Below, in pieces: positions 1-8,571 of a stretch of DNA of 46,961 nt. Position 1 is the stretch's first letter. Each line of letters opens with the position of its first letter. Under the pieces are notes generated by a model, which had not been told where the DNA came from, searched no databases, and saw only the letters and a program-made list of their open reading frames with translations. Origin of the DNA: a virus (lineage: Duplodnaviria; Caudoviricetes); the IMG/VR virus record IMGVR_UViG_3300014208_000533, positions 1-46,961 of that record; one strand, 5' to 3'. The translations under genes were made by a program, and so were the position numbers.

Positions 1-151
1 CCTGACCTCGCCGGTTGCATGGCACACCTCCTTTCATGCAGTTCGTTGTCACGCGGCTCGTGGCCGCGTTGCCTGGAAACGGGGCTGTCACACAAACGCC
101 ATCACAAAACAGATGATTGCACCGCACAGCAAGTACACGGCCAGCTCGATG

Positions 152-427
152 TCAAGTTCGCTTGGACCGCTTCGTGGCCGCCCATGCCGCACGACAACGT
201 ATCTGGAACGCCTCTCGCTCAGTCGTCGCGTCGTCCGATCCCGCCTGGACGGTCTGTGTTTTGAGGGCATCGTAAGCCTCCTTGTAGCCGGCCATGGAAC
301 CGTGGTTCCAAGCTGATTTGATCCAGTCCCGCAACCTTGCCGCGTCGATCACCATGAGGTGTGCCGGCGGGTGGTCGGCAAGGCCGAGATGCGCGATGAG
401 GTCGGGTAAAGAGTTGATGGTCGCCAT
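152..427 (-). CDS. hypothetical phage protein (start may extend to 478)
   Basis: ORF 152..568; the ATG at 427 (MATINSLPDL) follows AAGGAG; an alternative ATG at 478 overlaps the upstream stop (ATGA). Confidence 0.55.
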   Translation of the reverse strand: MATINSLPDLIAHLGLADHPPAHLMVIDAARLRDWIKSAWNHGSMAGYKEAYDALKTQTVQAGSDDATTEREAFQIRCRAAWAATKRSKRT

Positions 428-474
428 TAGGAGACTCCTTTCTTCCTTGTATCCGTAACTGTGAAGCGGCTTGG

Positions 475-696
475 TCATTTGTCGCTCGTTGAAATGCGGA
501 TGACTCTCGACATGCAGCCAGGGTAGTCGCCATCTGAAAAATGAAACTTCCGCGAATTGCCATCCCAAAAAGCTGAGCGGCGTTCGACGAGCACAACCAG
601 CCTACCTGCGAGCGTATTGCCGACAACCACATGGTCGTCCCCGTAGCCGTCGGCCATCATCTCGGTCAGTTGCTCGTGCAATTCGCGGACGTTCAT
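475..696 (-). CDS. small hypothetical phage protein
   Basis: 73-aa ORF MNVRELHEQLTEMM..., preceded by the SD-like ACAGGTGA; resembles common small phage proteins. Confidence 0.6.
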   Translation of the reverse strand: MNVRELHEQLTEMMADGYGDDHVVVGNTLAGRLVVLVERRSAFWDGNSRKFHFSDGDYPGCMSRVIRISTSDK

Positions 697-908
697 AAGT
701 CACCTGTTAAATCCACCCCGCCGGTACGCAGACCATCCGCGTGAAAACCGACGGGGTGCCGATGAAGGGCGAAAAGATGCCGTGGAACGGCTGGTAACGC
801 TCCACGGCTGCGGCATAGAGAACTTGCAGATTTGCCGCGAAGATAGGGACGCTTGTCTCGGGTGAAAAGCCGCCAGGCCCTCGGCCACCATGCGTTGGGC
901 CCGGCAGC

Positions 909-993
909 AAAAAACCCGCCAGTCGCGATGCGGTGCCAACCACAGAAGCGACGGCGGGTTTGGATCGTTGGGTTTTCATGGTTGGCACCTGTC
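909..993 (-). promoter_or_regulatory. attenuator-like leader: terminator hairpin whose loop is complementary to the upstream RBS region
   Basis: minus strand GGTGCCAACCA (989-979), then AAACCCGCCGTCGC-ttctgTGGTTGGCACCgcatc-GCGACTGGCGGGTTTTTT. Confidence 0.6.
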
Positions 994-1007
994 AGATTGG
1001 TGCGGTC

Positions 1008-1037
1008 AAAATAGCCGATTCTCCACGAGGCCGTCAA
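1008..1037 (-). promoter_or_regulatory. putative sigma70-type promoter
   Basis: TTGACG-18 nt-TATTTT just upstream of the structured leader. Confidence 0.4.
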
Positions 1038-1145
1038 TCCCAGTTTTCAGAATGACGAAAAATCGTAAGATAGACTCCGGTTTTTCTCTACACCTTGCGG
1101 GAGAGCCCGCGGAATCCGGTTGTGCCGCTTGTGCCTCCGCGCACG

Positions 1146-1168
1146 AAAAAGCCGGGCGAACCCGGCTT
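1146..1168 (-). terminator. Rho-independent terminator of the head/modification operon
   Basis: GCCGGG-TTCG-CCCGGC followed by TTTTT, immediately after the 1185..1523 gene. Confidence 0.85.
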
Positions 1169-1184
1169 GGGGACGACTGGTCGC

Positions 1185-1523
1185 TCAGTACGAATTCGTC
1201 GGCGTCCCGATGCGGAAGAGCTTGAGTACGGCGTCCGCACCCGCGGTCGACTTCACGTACAGGTTGCCGATGCCAGGTCCGAAGGTCTCGCTGGTCCCGT
1301 CGGTCAACTGGTACTTTTCGTCCTCGACCGTCCCATCGCAGGTGATCGTTGCCGACAGCGTCGACAGCCATGCGGACAACGCCGATTGGGCATCGTCGTT
1401 TCCGGCCGCGTCGGCGCCGGTGTGGGTGATCTTGTATTGGTAGCGCACGTCCAGCGGCAACGTGATCTCCGTGGCTGCTGTCAGCGACACCATCCCGAAG
1501 ACGTCTTCGACTGCAAATGTCAT
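1185..1523 (-). CDS. hypothetical, probable minor virion protein
   Basis: 112 aa, A/T/G/D-rich beta-type composition, AAGGAG RBS, last gene before a terminator. Confidence 0.7.
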   Translation of the reverse strand: MTFAVEDVFGMVSLTAATEITLPLDVRYQYKITHTGADAAGNDDAQSALSAWLSTLSATITCDGTVEDEKYQLTDGTSETFGPGIGNLYVKSTAGADAVLKLFRIGTPTNSY

Positions 1524-1534
1524 GGGTTTTCTCC

Positions 1535-2491
1535 TTATTCCTCGTCATCGTGCCAAGACGGCACAGGCGCAAAATGCTCCACCAGCCAGGAAAGCGGACG
1601 CACCGCTTGCGGCCACTTGTCGTTCAGCCACAAATCTCGCGAGTAGGATCTGGCCGCGTCGACCTGTTTCACGGAGATTGGGTACGGCCAGGACTCGCCC
1701 CCATCCCTACTGAAATTGCCTGTGCGGAAAAGATGAGCGACCCAGGTGCCGAGATGAGTGACCATCTTGCCGCCGGAGAGCCAGCTTTTGCACGCAAGCT
1801 CGGTTCCGTACTGTCCCCACGAACCATGCTGCTCGTCCATGCCTCCCAGCTTCCAGAATCGCTCCCGCTCCATCATGAAGCAGCACCCGATGCAGGACAT
1901 CGTCTCGATGATGCCTGTTTTTGCTTCCTCCACGACTTCCGGGCGCCTATGGTACTTTCGCCAATACTGGAAGTGCATTTCCTTGTCAAATCTCCACGCC
2001 ACCGTGGCCTCGTACTGAAATCTCGGCTGCCAGACCATGTGCATGTAGAATTCAGTTCCGCCGCACTCTGAACACTTAACGGGCTTTGTGCCTTGATAGA
2101 CTCGCTCCCCGCATTCGCTGCATGCCCAGTCGAAAATATGCAAGCGATGCATAGACGGTATCATTGTCCAGTCCGGCTGCATGTCCGCCATCAGCTTGAC
2201 GTCAAAGCCGTCTTCCGTGGAACAATGTGCGTCCATCTTCATTATGTACTTGGCTTGACTAAGCCTCGCTCCGGCATTGGTCGCCGCACGCTGCCCAATC
2301 GCCTCGGTAAAGTGGATCACCTGGAGCCGTGGGTGATCCGGCAATGGCGGATCAGGCCACCAACCGTCGCAAACGCAAATGCACTCTGTGTCTTCTCCGC
2401 TGTGAGATAGAACATCGTCGACAGTATTCAACATGAACTGTTCATTGCGACCTGGAACGATCACAGATAACGCCTTCGCGAGTCCCATCAT
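1535..2491 (-). CDS. GT-A/GT2-family glycosyltransferase with an inserted Zn-ribbon
   Basis: LSVIVPGRNE, GQRAATNAGA, KMDAHC (DxH), GCCFMMERERFWKLGGMDE, WGQYGTELACK; insert CSEC...CSEC. Confidence 0.85.
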   Translation of the reverse strand: MMGLAKALSVIVPGRNEQFMLNTVDDVLSHSGEDTECICVCDGWWPDPPLPDHPRLQVIHFTEAIGQRAATNAGARLSQAKYIMKMDAHCSTEDGFDVKLMADMQPDWTMIPSMHRLHIFDWACSECGERVYQGTKPVKCSECGGTEFYMHMVWQPRFQYEATVAWRFDKEMHFQYWRKYHRRPEVVEEAKTGIIETMSCIGCCFMMERERFWKLGGMDEQHGSWGQYGTELACKSWLSGGKMVTHLGTWVAHLFRTGNFSRDGGESWPYPISVKQVDAARSYSRDLWLNDKWPQAVRPLSWLVEHFAPVPSWHDDEE

Positions 2492-3132
2492 TTGTCCTTT
2501 GCTAGTACAAATACAACACCATCGCGGCCGACAACGTCCTCACGTCGAGGACTCCTGATGTGCGTCAGGGTGTCCACTATACTATAGTCAGCGATCTTCC
2601 CCCAGCCCGTCAGTAACTCCATGCACCCTTCAACTGTCGCGCTGAAGCAATCGACTTCTACAGACTTCGGGAACGGTGGCTGCCACCATTCGATGAAGCA
2701 GAATCCGGGAGTCTTGAGCGATTGCATCCACCTCGAAACAGCCAGTTGTGGATCGTAGGCATGATCCAAGCTGTTGCTGTAAACGAAGTCCGCCGCACCG
2801 ATCCATTCCGTCTTGATCTCGTGGTAGTCCCACTGGATCGTGTCAGGGAACTGCGTAGCCGTGGGCGAGATTTCCGTACCCAACACAACGCACCCAGGGA
2901 AGCGATCCTTGAAGTAGGATTGCTCTACGCCACGCCGTGTCCCGTGGCATAGTCCGAACGTCGGCGAAGGAATGCGACTCCTCAGATAGCGCGATACCTT
3001 CCCTATGGTGCGAGGACGAGCCCACTGGTGCCTCAGCTTCCTGACATTGGCAGCGCTCTGGCTCTTGACATACGCATCGTAGTCGAACGTGCCATCGGGC
3101 TTCAGGTAGTGATACTGGGCGTAACCGGTCAT
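2488..3132 (-). CDS. class I SAM-dependent methyltransferase-like protein
   Basis: GLCHGTRRGVE, VLGTEIS, ADFVYSNSLDH, LKTPGFCFIEW; ATGA overlap with the upstream gene. Confidence 0.7.
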   Translation of the reverse strand: MTGYAQYHYLKPDGTFDYDAYVKSQSAANVRKLRHQWARPRTIGKVSRYLRSRIPSPTFGLCHGTRRGVEQSYFKDRFPGCVVLGTEISPTATQFPDTIQWDYHEIKTEWIGAADFVYSNSLDHAYDPQLAVSRWMQSLKTPGFCFIEWWQPPFPKSVEVDCFSATVEGCMELLTGWGKIADYSIVDTLTHIRSPRREDVVGRDGVVFVLAKDK

Positions 3133-3680
3133 CGGACTCGCATCTGGAAGTGTCTCAGATCGTGCAGGTTGCTCGCGACTGTCGTCGCTGGACCGTAAGT
3201 GCATTTGTACTTGTACTGATACTTGTACCCGGCAATGGCCCTGCCAAAACGATACTTACGCTGCTTTGAATCGTCGGTGTCGTGAATGACGACGTAGTGT
3301 GCGTGCGCCAGTCGAGGAATATCGTGCCGTCTCCTTTCGTTGGGAGCGTGATCCACGAAGGCCACTTCGCACTCTCCCGACAGATCCACCTTGTCCCAGT
3401 CCTCCACGAAGACGGCCGTGTGGAAGTCTGTGGAGAAACGTCTGGCGAAGGCATACCACGCCGGATTGTTTTCAAAGGTCACGAGTTTCCGCTTCGACAC
3501 GAAACAGGCCCAGTGCAGGTAGGGCGTGGACACGTATCCGCATCCCAGTTCAAATACCGGACCAGCGGTCATCTCCATGATCCGCATCAAGACTGGCATG
3601 TACGAGCCACGACCCAGCTGTACCTGCGCATCAGTGTCCAATTGATCTACGATCACTGGCCGCCCTTCCTGTCTACGCAC
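3129..3680 (-). CDS. class I SAM methyltransferase-like protein (paralog of 6463..6987); start uncertain
   Basis: GPVFELGCGYVSTPYLHWAC, LVTFENNP, VAFVDH, YVVIHD. Confidence 0.7.
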   Translation of the reverse strand: MRRQEGRPVIVDQLDTDAQVQLGRGSYMPVLMRIMEMTAGPVFELGCGYVSTPYLHWACFVSKRKLVTFENNPAWYAFARRFSTDFHTAVFVEDWDKVDLSGECEVAFVDHAPNERRRHDIPRLAHAHYVVIHDTDDSKQRKYRFGRAIAGYKYQYKYKCTYGPATTVASNLHDLRHFQMRVR

Positions 3681-4906
3681 ATTACCCCCTCGGCCGTATA
3701 AGTCCAGTCCTTGTATGTTGTCTCAAAATGCTTCCATGCGTCGACGATCTGCTGGTTCGTCAGAGACGACGTGCGTATGTTGCCGTAATACTCGCCTGGA
3801 CGACCCTTGTAGAAGGAGTATTCCAGCGGCACTGAATCCCACTTGATGTCGTACTTGTCCCTGTTCTCGTAAATTGGGCTCCCTGGATACGGCTGGAATA
3901 TCTTGCAGTCGATGTCGTCGAGCTGTGCCTCGCGGAGAAAGGTTTCCGTCTCCTTCAGTGTCTCCTCGCTCTCGCCCGGCAATCCGACGATGAAAAACGC
4001 CTTCACGAACATGCCCCGATCCTTGAGCATGGCTATGGCTTCACGCATCTGCGACGTCGTCTCGGATTTGTTGATGTTCTTCAGGATGGTATCCGAGCCC
4101 GACTCGACTCCAATGCCAACACCGACACACCCGGAGTCAATCATCATGTCGATGAAGTCGGCTCCGTATTTGACAACCAGATCCGCCCGAACGAGGCAGC
4201 GCCAGATAATCCCCTGCTTCTTCAGGTAGTGGCACACCTTGATTGTGCGTTGCTTGTTCAGTGTGAAGATGTCTTCCGGAAAGGCGATCGCATCGTATCC
4301 ACACTCGTTGTGCAGTATGCCCAGTTCCTCGATGATTCGTTCTGCGCTATTCAGCCGCACCCTGTCATGGTTCTTTGAGCAGAACCCGCAATGAAATGGG
4401 CAGCCACGGGAACCCATAACAGTGGTGGCTTGCCTGTCGTGTAAACGAAACCGATAGCTCTTGATGTCCACTAGAGTTCTGTCGGGAATCGGGTATTCAT
4501 CCAGCGGCAAGCTCTCTGCGTAAATGACGTTCTCTTTCCCGAAGAATGCCTCAGACGCCGCATTCTCTCCGTCGCCGACGACCGTGCAATCAAATCCACT
4601 AATCCACGGATCCAGCGGCACCAGGGTGGCGTGAGGGCCTCCAATCACCACCCGGGCCTTCTTGTTCGCGTGTTTGATTCTGGCCAGGCAGTCCACGGCC
4701 ACGGGGTACTCTGGACTCGTTGGGCCGAATCCGTAGTAGTCATAGCCCAACGGAAGTTGCTCGATGTCGCCATCGTAGAGCACGACATCGTGACCGTCGC
4801 GTTTCAGGCCAGCGCCTACGGCCATTAGGCCGAGCGGAGGAAATGCACGCTCGTCAATCAGGAATGGAGACGGGCATCGTACCAAACATATCGTCATAGT
4901 TGGCAT
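3653..4906 (-). CDS. B12-binding-domain radical SAM protein
   Basis: PPLGLMAVGA, VIGGPHAT, GDGE, SRGCPFHCGFC (CxxxCxxC), GVESGS, FFIVGLPGES, PYPGSP. Confidence 0.9.
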   Translation of the reverse strand: MPTMTICLVRCPSPFLIDERAFPPLGLMAVGAGLKRDGHDVVLYDGDIEQLPLGYDYYGFGPTSPEYPVAVDCLARIKHANKKARVVIGGPHATLVPLDPWISGFDCTVVGDGENAASEAFFGKENVIYAESLPLDEYPIPDRTLVDIKSYRFRLHDRQATTVMGSRGCPFHCGFCSKNHDRVRLNSAERIIEELGILHNECGYDAIAFPEDIFTLNKQRTIKVCHYLKKQGIIWRCLVRADLVVKYGADFIDMMIDSGCVGVGIGVESGSDTILKNINKSETTSQMREAIAMLKDRGMFVKAFFIVGLPGESEETLKETETFLREAQLDDIDCKIFQPYPGSPIYENRDKYDIKWDSVPLEYSFYKGRPGEYYGNIRTSSLTNQQIVDAWKHFETTYKDWTYTAEGVMCVDRKGGQ

Positions 4907-4916
4907 ACCTCGTCGT

Positions 4917-5669
4917 CTATTGCGTGTAGCGAGGATGTCTGAACCAGTAATTACGATCCGTTTTTCTCGTCAGTCCGTGAAACAAATCAAACGGGTTGTA
5001 ATCCACATCCCCGCAGAATTGTCCGTTCGGGAACATATAAAGCACGGGCCGCTCCGTTTCGGACACCCGCAGCTTCCCCTGAACCTGGAGCGTCCTCCAT
5101 GTCCTCTTGAAGAGATTGTCTTCACCTTGAGGGTAGCATGCACGGAGAACACGCGCCTCGTCGTATCCGCCTATCTGCTCATACACCGCCTTCCGCATCA
5201 CGTAGTGGTTTGGATGCGGAGGCAGTTTCGCGCCTCGCGATTCAATTCGGTTTCGCGGAAGGCCGTATTCCATCAGGACATTGCGATCTTGAGTCAACGT
5301 CCCGTCTTCTTTCAGGACCCCGAATTCCCTGCGGCAGCCCAGACGATCTTCGTCAAAACGCCTGGCTATTTCTACCGCCTCTCTGGATATGATGTAGTCG
5401 CCGTCCACCATGAACAGGTATTCGCCGCGGGCCAGCTTTGCCCCTGTGTTTCTGGCGATCGACGACGTCCATTCCCGGAAGTCGTTCGTCGCATGCATCC
5501 TGAAATTCTTCGGAGGATTCTCCGGCATCTCCAGGGGCGGAGTGCTGCCGTCGTCCATGAAGATGATTTCCACGTCGTCCGGATAATCCTGCTGGCGCAT
5601 GTAGATCAACTGCCTGCGGACAATCTCATGACTGTTCAGGAATGGCATGATAATCGACAGTCGGATCAT
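4917..5669 (-). CDS. GT2-family glycosyltransferase
   Basis: LSIIMPFLN, IIFMDDGS, ARNTGAKLARGEYLFMVDGD (DxD), IGGYDE, GED; ATG at 5669 overlaps the upstream TGA. Confidence 0.88.
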   Translation of the reverse strand: MIRLSIIMPFLNSHEIVRRQLIYMRQQDYPDDVEIIFMDDGSTPPLEMPENPPKNFRMHATNDFREWTSSIARNTGAKLARGEYLFMVDGDYIISREAVEIARRFDEDRLGCRREFGVLKEDGTLTQDRNVLMEYGLPRNRIESRGAKLPPHPNHYVMRKAVYEQIGGYDEARVLRACYPQGEDNLFKRTWRTLQVQGKLRVSETERPVLYMFPNGQFCGDVDYNPFDLFHGLTRKTDRNYWFRHPRYTQ

Positions 5670-6439
5670 TGCGGGTTGCCTTCTCCGGAACAGTCCGGTG
5701 CATTCTGAACCACGGTCACATACTCCTTGGCGCTTCCACGTAAGCACGTACAGCAGTACGGATGGTTTCTTCGCCCGGTTGTATGCGCCAGGACTTCGTT
5801 CAGCTTCTGTTTACCATTCCAAAGTTTTTCCAGTGGAGAGTCGTATACGTTCCCGAGACCGAAGTGTGGAATCATCTCCTGGCAGCAGGCGAGGAAGTCA
5901 CCACGATGATTGACGGCTAGATTGCGAGATGGATTTGGGCACCGCCTGTCTATGAGCGTGCCCAATTCCTCGTCGTCGCCCTCGAAACAATGCACTCCGA
6001 AATGCAGGCCGTTCGTAAAGCGAATGCGTGTCTTGGCAAACCAGCTTTGGGTCATTGACTTACGAGCTTCGCTATTGTCGTCATACGGTGAGACGTTGAT
6101 GTAATCGAAGCATGCATCAAGCGATATGGCCATCGCTTGATTTAGAAAGTCGCCGTTCGTAGCGAACATCACGGGACTGAATCCGAGTTGTTTCGCATAC
6201 CGGCCGAAAGCTGGAAGTCGCGTGTCAAGAAGTGGTTCGTTGTAAAAATTGAAGCAGATTTTCCCGCGATACCCCATGCCAACTGCTTGGCCGAGAATTC
6301 CATACACCATGGACGTCGGCATAAAGTTCTGCGTGAACCACGGCTTTATGTCGTCGCGTTGTGGGTATATCTGGCGCAGGCAGGTAGCGCACCTACGATT
6401 GCAGTACGACGACGTTTCGATCGACAGTCTGTAGAACAT
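5666..6439 (-). CDS. radical SAM protein with SPASM/twitch-like C-terminal domain
   Basis: IETSSYCNRRCATC, YNEPLLD, ATNG, C-terminal CPNP...GDFLACC...LGNV...CCTC. Confidence 0.88.
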   Translation of the reverse strand: MFYRLSIETSSYCNRRCATCLRQIYPQRDDIKPWFTQNFMPTSMVYGILGQAVGMGYRGKICFNFYNEPLLDTRLPAFGRYAKQLGFSPVMFATNGDFLNQAMAISLDACFDYINVSPYDDNSEARKSMTQSWFAKTRIRFTNGLHFGVHCFEGDDEELGTLIDRRCPNPSRNLAVNHRGDFLACCQEMIPHFGLGNVYDSPLEKLWNGKQKLNEVLAHTTGRRNHPYCCTCLRGSAKEYVTVVQNAPDCSGEGNPQ

Positions 6440-6462
6440 CAGAGTGCCTCAATAACAACACG

Positions 6463-6987
6463 CTACCGCTGAAGAAAACCAGTGACATCGTGCAGATTGC
6501 TGAAGATGCTCGTGTGGGGAAATGCGTCCTTGTACTCGAACTGGTATCGAAATAGTGAACTAGACTTCGACAGGCCGTACTTGCGGTCGTTGCGACCCTC
6601 CGAGTCATGGCAGACGACGTATTCGGCATGTGCCAGTCGGCCAAGTTCGATTCCGCGTCTCAGGCCGGGTTCATGGTCAACGAATGCCACGGACCAGGGG
6701 GCGCTGATGTCAATGGCGTCCCAGTCGTCGATGCAGTGCACCTCGTGAAAGTCCGTTTCATACGCTTTCAGGAAATCGAAGAACTGAGGGTTGTTCTCGT
6801 AAGTGACCAACTTCCGTTTCGGAACCCAACACGCCCAGTGCAGTGGCGTCGTCGAGTACAGACCACACCCGAGTTCAAGTATCGGTCCTTCTGTTTCGGC
6901 AACTGCCTTCATCAACATCGGCAGATGGCTGCCGCGGTATGGTCCGAACCTCAATCCCACTTGGTTGCTCCTTTGTGTCGCTTCCAC
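6463..6987 (-). CDS. class I SAM methyltransferase-like protein (paralog of 3129..3680)
   Basis: GPILELGCGLYSTTPLHWAC, LVTYENNP, VAFVDH, YVVCHD. Confidence 0.7.
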   Translation of the reverse strand: MEATQRSNQVGLRFGPYRGSHLPMLMKAVAETEGPILELGCGLYSTTPLHWACWVPKRKLVTYENNPQFFDFLKAYETDFHEVHCIDDWDAIDISAPWSVAFVDHEPGLRRGIELGRLAHAEYVVCHDSEGRNDRKYGLSKSSSLFRYQFEYKDAFPHTSIFSNLHDVTGFLQR

Positions 6988-7628
6988 ATGCCCCTGGCCG
7001 ATCCCCAGGTCGGTAGTACATGCCTATCGGAACGGTTTGTGTGCGGGCTCGTGTAGTGCATTCCACGGTCGGTTTTAAGCGTTACCACTGCACCAAGATC
7101 AACCGACTCCACCCTTCCCAGTCCAGCAATGACTTTGTCGATTCGAAGCGTTTCGTCGCGACCGCTGAGTACGGCACGATCAACGGCGTTGGACTCTTCC
7201 TGCATCACGTCAAGAATTCGCAGCAGATGTTCGCGTGCCACAATGCCGGTCAGTTCGCGCATCCGCTTGCCGTGATATACGGCTTCGCCGCTCCAGGTGA
7301 CATATCCGTCCCGTGGATAGTAATAGGTGTCGTCGCGTGACGGCTGGAATTGGAAAAACGACGGAGGATATAGCGTGTCTGCCTCGCACACTGCCAGGAA
7401 ACGGCTTTTTGCAATCTCTGCACCGATCCTCAGTTGCATAAAGACATGCTCCGGCGACTGTTCGATCATCCCGACGCTAATGTTGTTGCCAAACTCGATG
7501 CGCTTGTGCGACACCGATACGATCGGCAGGTCTCCAGAATTCCTGCGAATCGTCTTTCGTACCGCTTCTTCAAGCAATGGATACTCTCTGTTGCAGGTGT
7601 AGTAAACCACCGTCATGTCTCGTAGCAT
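6951..7628 (-). CDS. GT-A fold glycosyltransferase-like protein
   Basis: TVVYYTCN, LPIVSVS, FLAVCEADTLYP (ExD); similar to the adjacent 7613..8362. Confidence 0.7.
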   Translation of the reverse strand: MLRDMTVVYYTCNREYPLLEEAVRKTIRRNSGDLPIVSVSHKRIEFGNNISVGMIEQSPEHVFMQLRIGAEIAKSRFLAVCEADTLYPPSFFQFQPSRDDTYYYPRDGYVTWSGEAVYHGKRMRELTGIVAREHLLRILDVMQEESNAVDRAVLSGRDETLRIDKVIAGLGRVESVDLGAVVTLKTDRGMHYTSPHTNRSDRHVLPTWGSARGMWKRHKGATKWD

Positions 7629-8362
7629 TCCTGCTCCATATCCATGATGCCCCGGTTGAACACGTCTGCGATGTCGGCCGCTCTTCCCCAGTATGGAATC
7701 TCGATCGCTTTCAGTTCACCCTGCTTCCTCCTCCATGTGGGATGCTCCATGAATGTCGAGGACAATGCACAAGTGTGTGCGAGATTGACCATCCCAAAAT
7801 GGCTCCACCACTCAACGTGCTTGTGGTGCGACACTCCCATCCGTCGTTCGGAATCCTCTCGCCCTATTTCTCCTGGCCTCCTAAAGCCATTTGGGTATTT
7901 CTCTTCTCGTTCGTCCAGTGCCTCGATCATCAACTTTCGTGGGCATATCTGCGCGAATCCTCCCAGCGATCGAATCAGGGAAAACGTAGGTTCGGCGTGC
8001 CAGGACATAACCGTCCACCGCCCCATGTGATACGCCACCTCGTCAGGTTTCGGCCTGAATTTGCTGAAGTGGTCTGGGTGGTAAAGCGTGTCGTCCTCGG
8101 CTATCGCAACAAATTCCGTCTCAGCGACCTTGGCGGCTCGGTTCCATTCGCAGAACGTGTTCCAACTGCCCCACTCTGAAGTCTGAATGAGTTTGGTTTC
8201 CCCGACTCCGAGATCCATCGGCTTCATTGAGACGGTGATAAGTGGATAGTCGCCAATCGCCGTCAAGAGATGCCCGAGGTGGTAATCGACCCACCTCTTG
8301 GGCATCCGATTGGCGGTGAGGTAAATCACAGTCAAGTCTTTGACCATGGCTGAATTCGCCAT
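7613..8362 (-). CDS. GT-A fold glycosyltransferase-like protein
   Basis: LTVIYLTAN, YPLITVS, FVAIAEDDTLYHP; start overlaps the upstream stop (TAATG). Confidence 0.75.
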   Translation of the reverse strand: MANSAMVKDLTVIYLTANRMPKRWVDYHLGHLLTAIGDYPLITVSMKPMDLGVGETKLIQTSEWGSWNTFCEWNRAAKVAETEFVAIAEDDTLYHPDHFSKFRPKPDEVAYHMGRWTVMSWHAEPTFSLIRSLGGFAQICPRKLMIEALDEREEKYPNGFRRPGEIGREDSERRMGVSHHKHVEWWSHFGMVNLAHTCALSSTFMEHPTWRRKQGELKAIEIPYWGRAADIADVFNRGIMDMEQECYET

Positions 8363-8571
8363 TACGTTGATGATGGCGACTGAGTGTGCGACGGCGTCTG
8401 GGACGGCGTGCGGGAGACCGTGTGCGACGGGGTCGCCGATACCGTGTGAGACGGAGACTGAGTATGGGATGGAGTCTGCGAAGGAGTGCGGGACACCGTG
8501 TGGGATGGGGTAGCCGAGACGGTGTGGGACGGCGTGGCCGACACCGTGTGGGACGGTGTATTGGATGCCGA
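8362..8571 (-). repeat. coding tandem repeat (TPSHTVSA/R)n containing a duplicated 26-aa block
   Basis: translation ...SASNTPSHTVSAT[PSHTVSATPSHTVSRTPSQTPSHTQS]x2PSST*. Confidence 0.95.

Noticed and set aside
1535-8362. Enzyme cluster as a DNA hypermodification locus
   Set aside because: Not excluded, but disfavoured: it lies in the late head operon coupled to a tagged structural gene, and no nucleotide kinase, thymidylate-synthase-like or base-hydroxylase gene is visible in the window
8362-8571. Periodic 24-nt DNA repeats as a CRISPR array or DGR template/variable repeat (with 41027-41176)
   Set aside because: No spacers; differences are synonymous rather than adenine-specific; no cas or reverse transcriptase gene in the window
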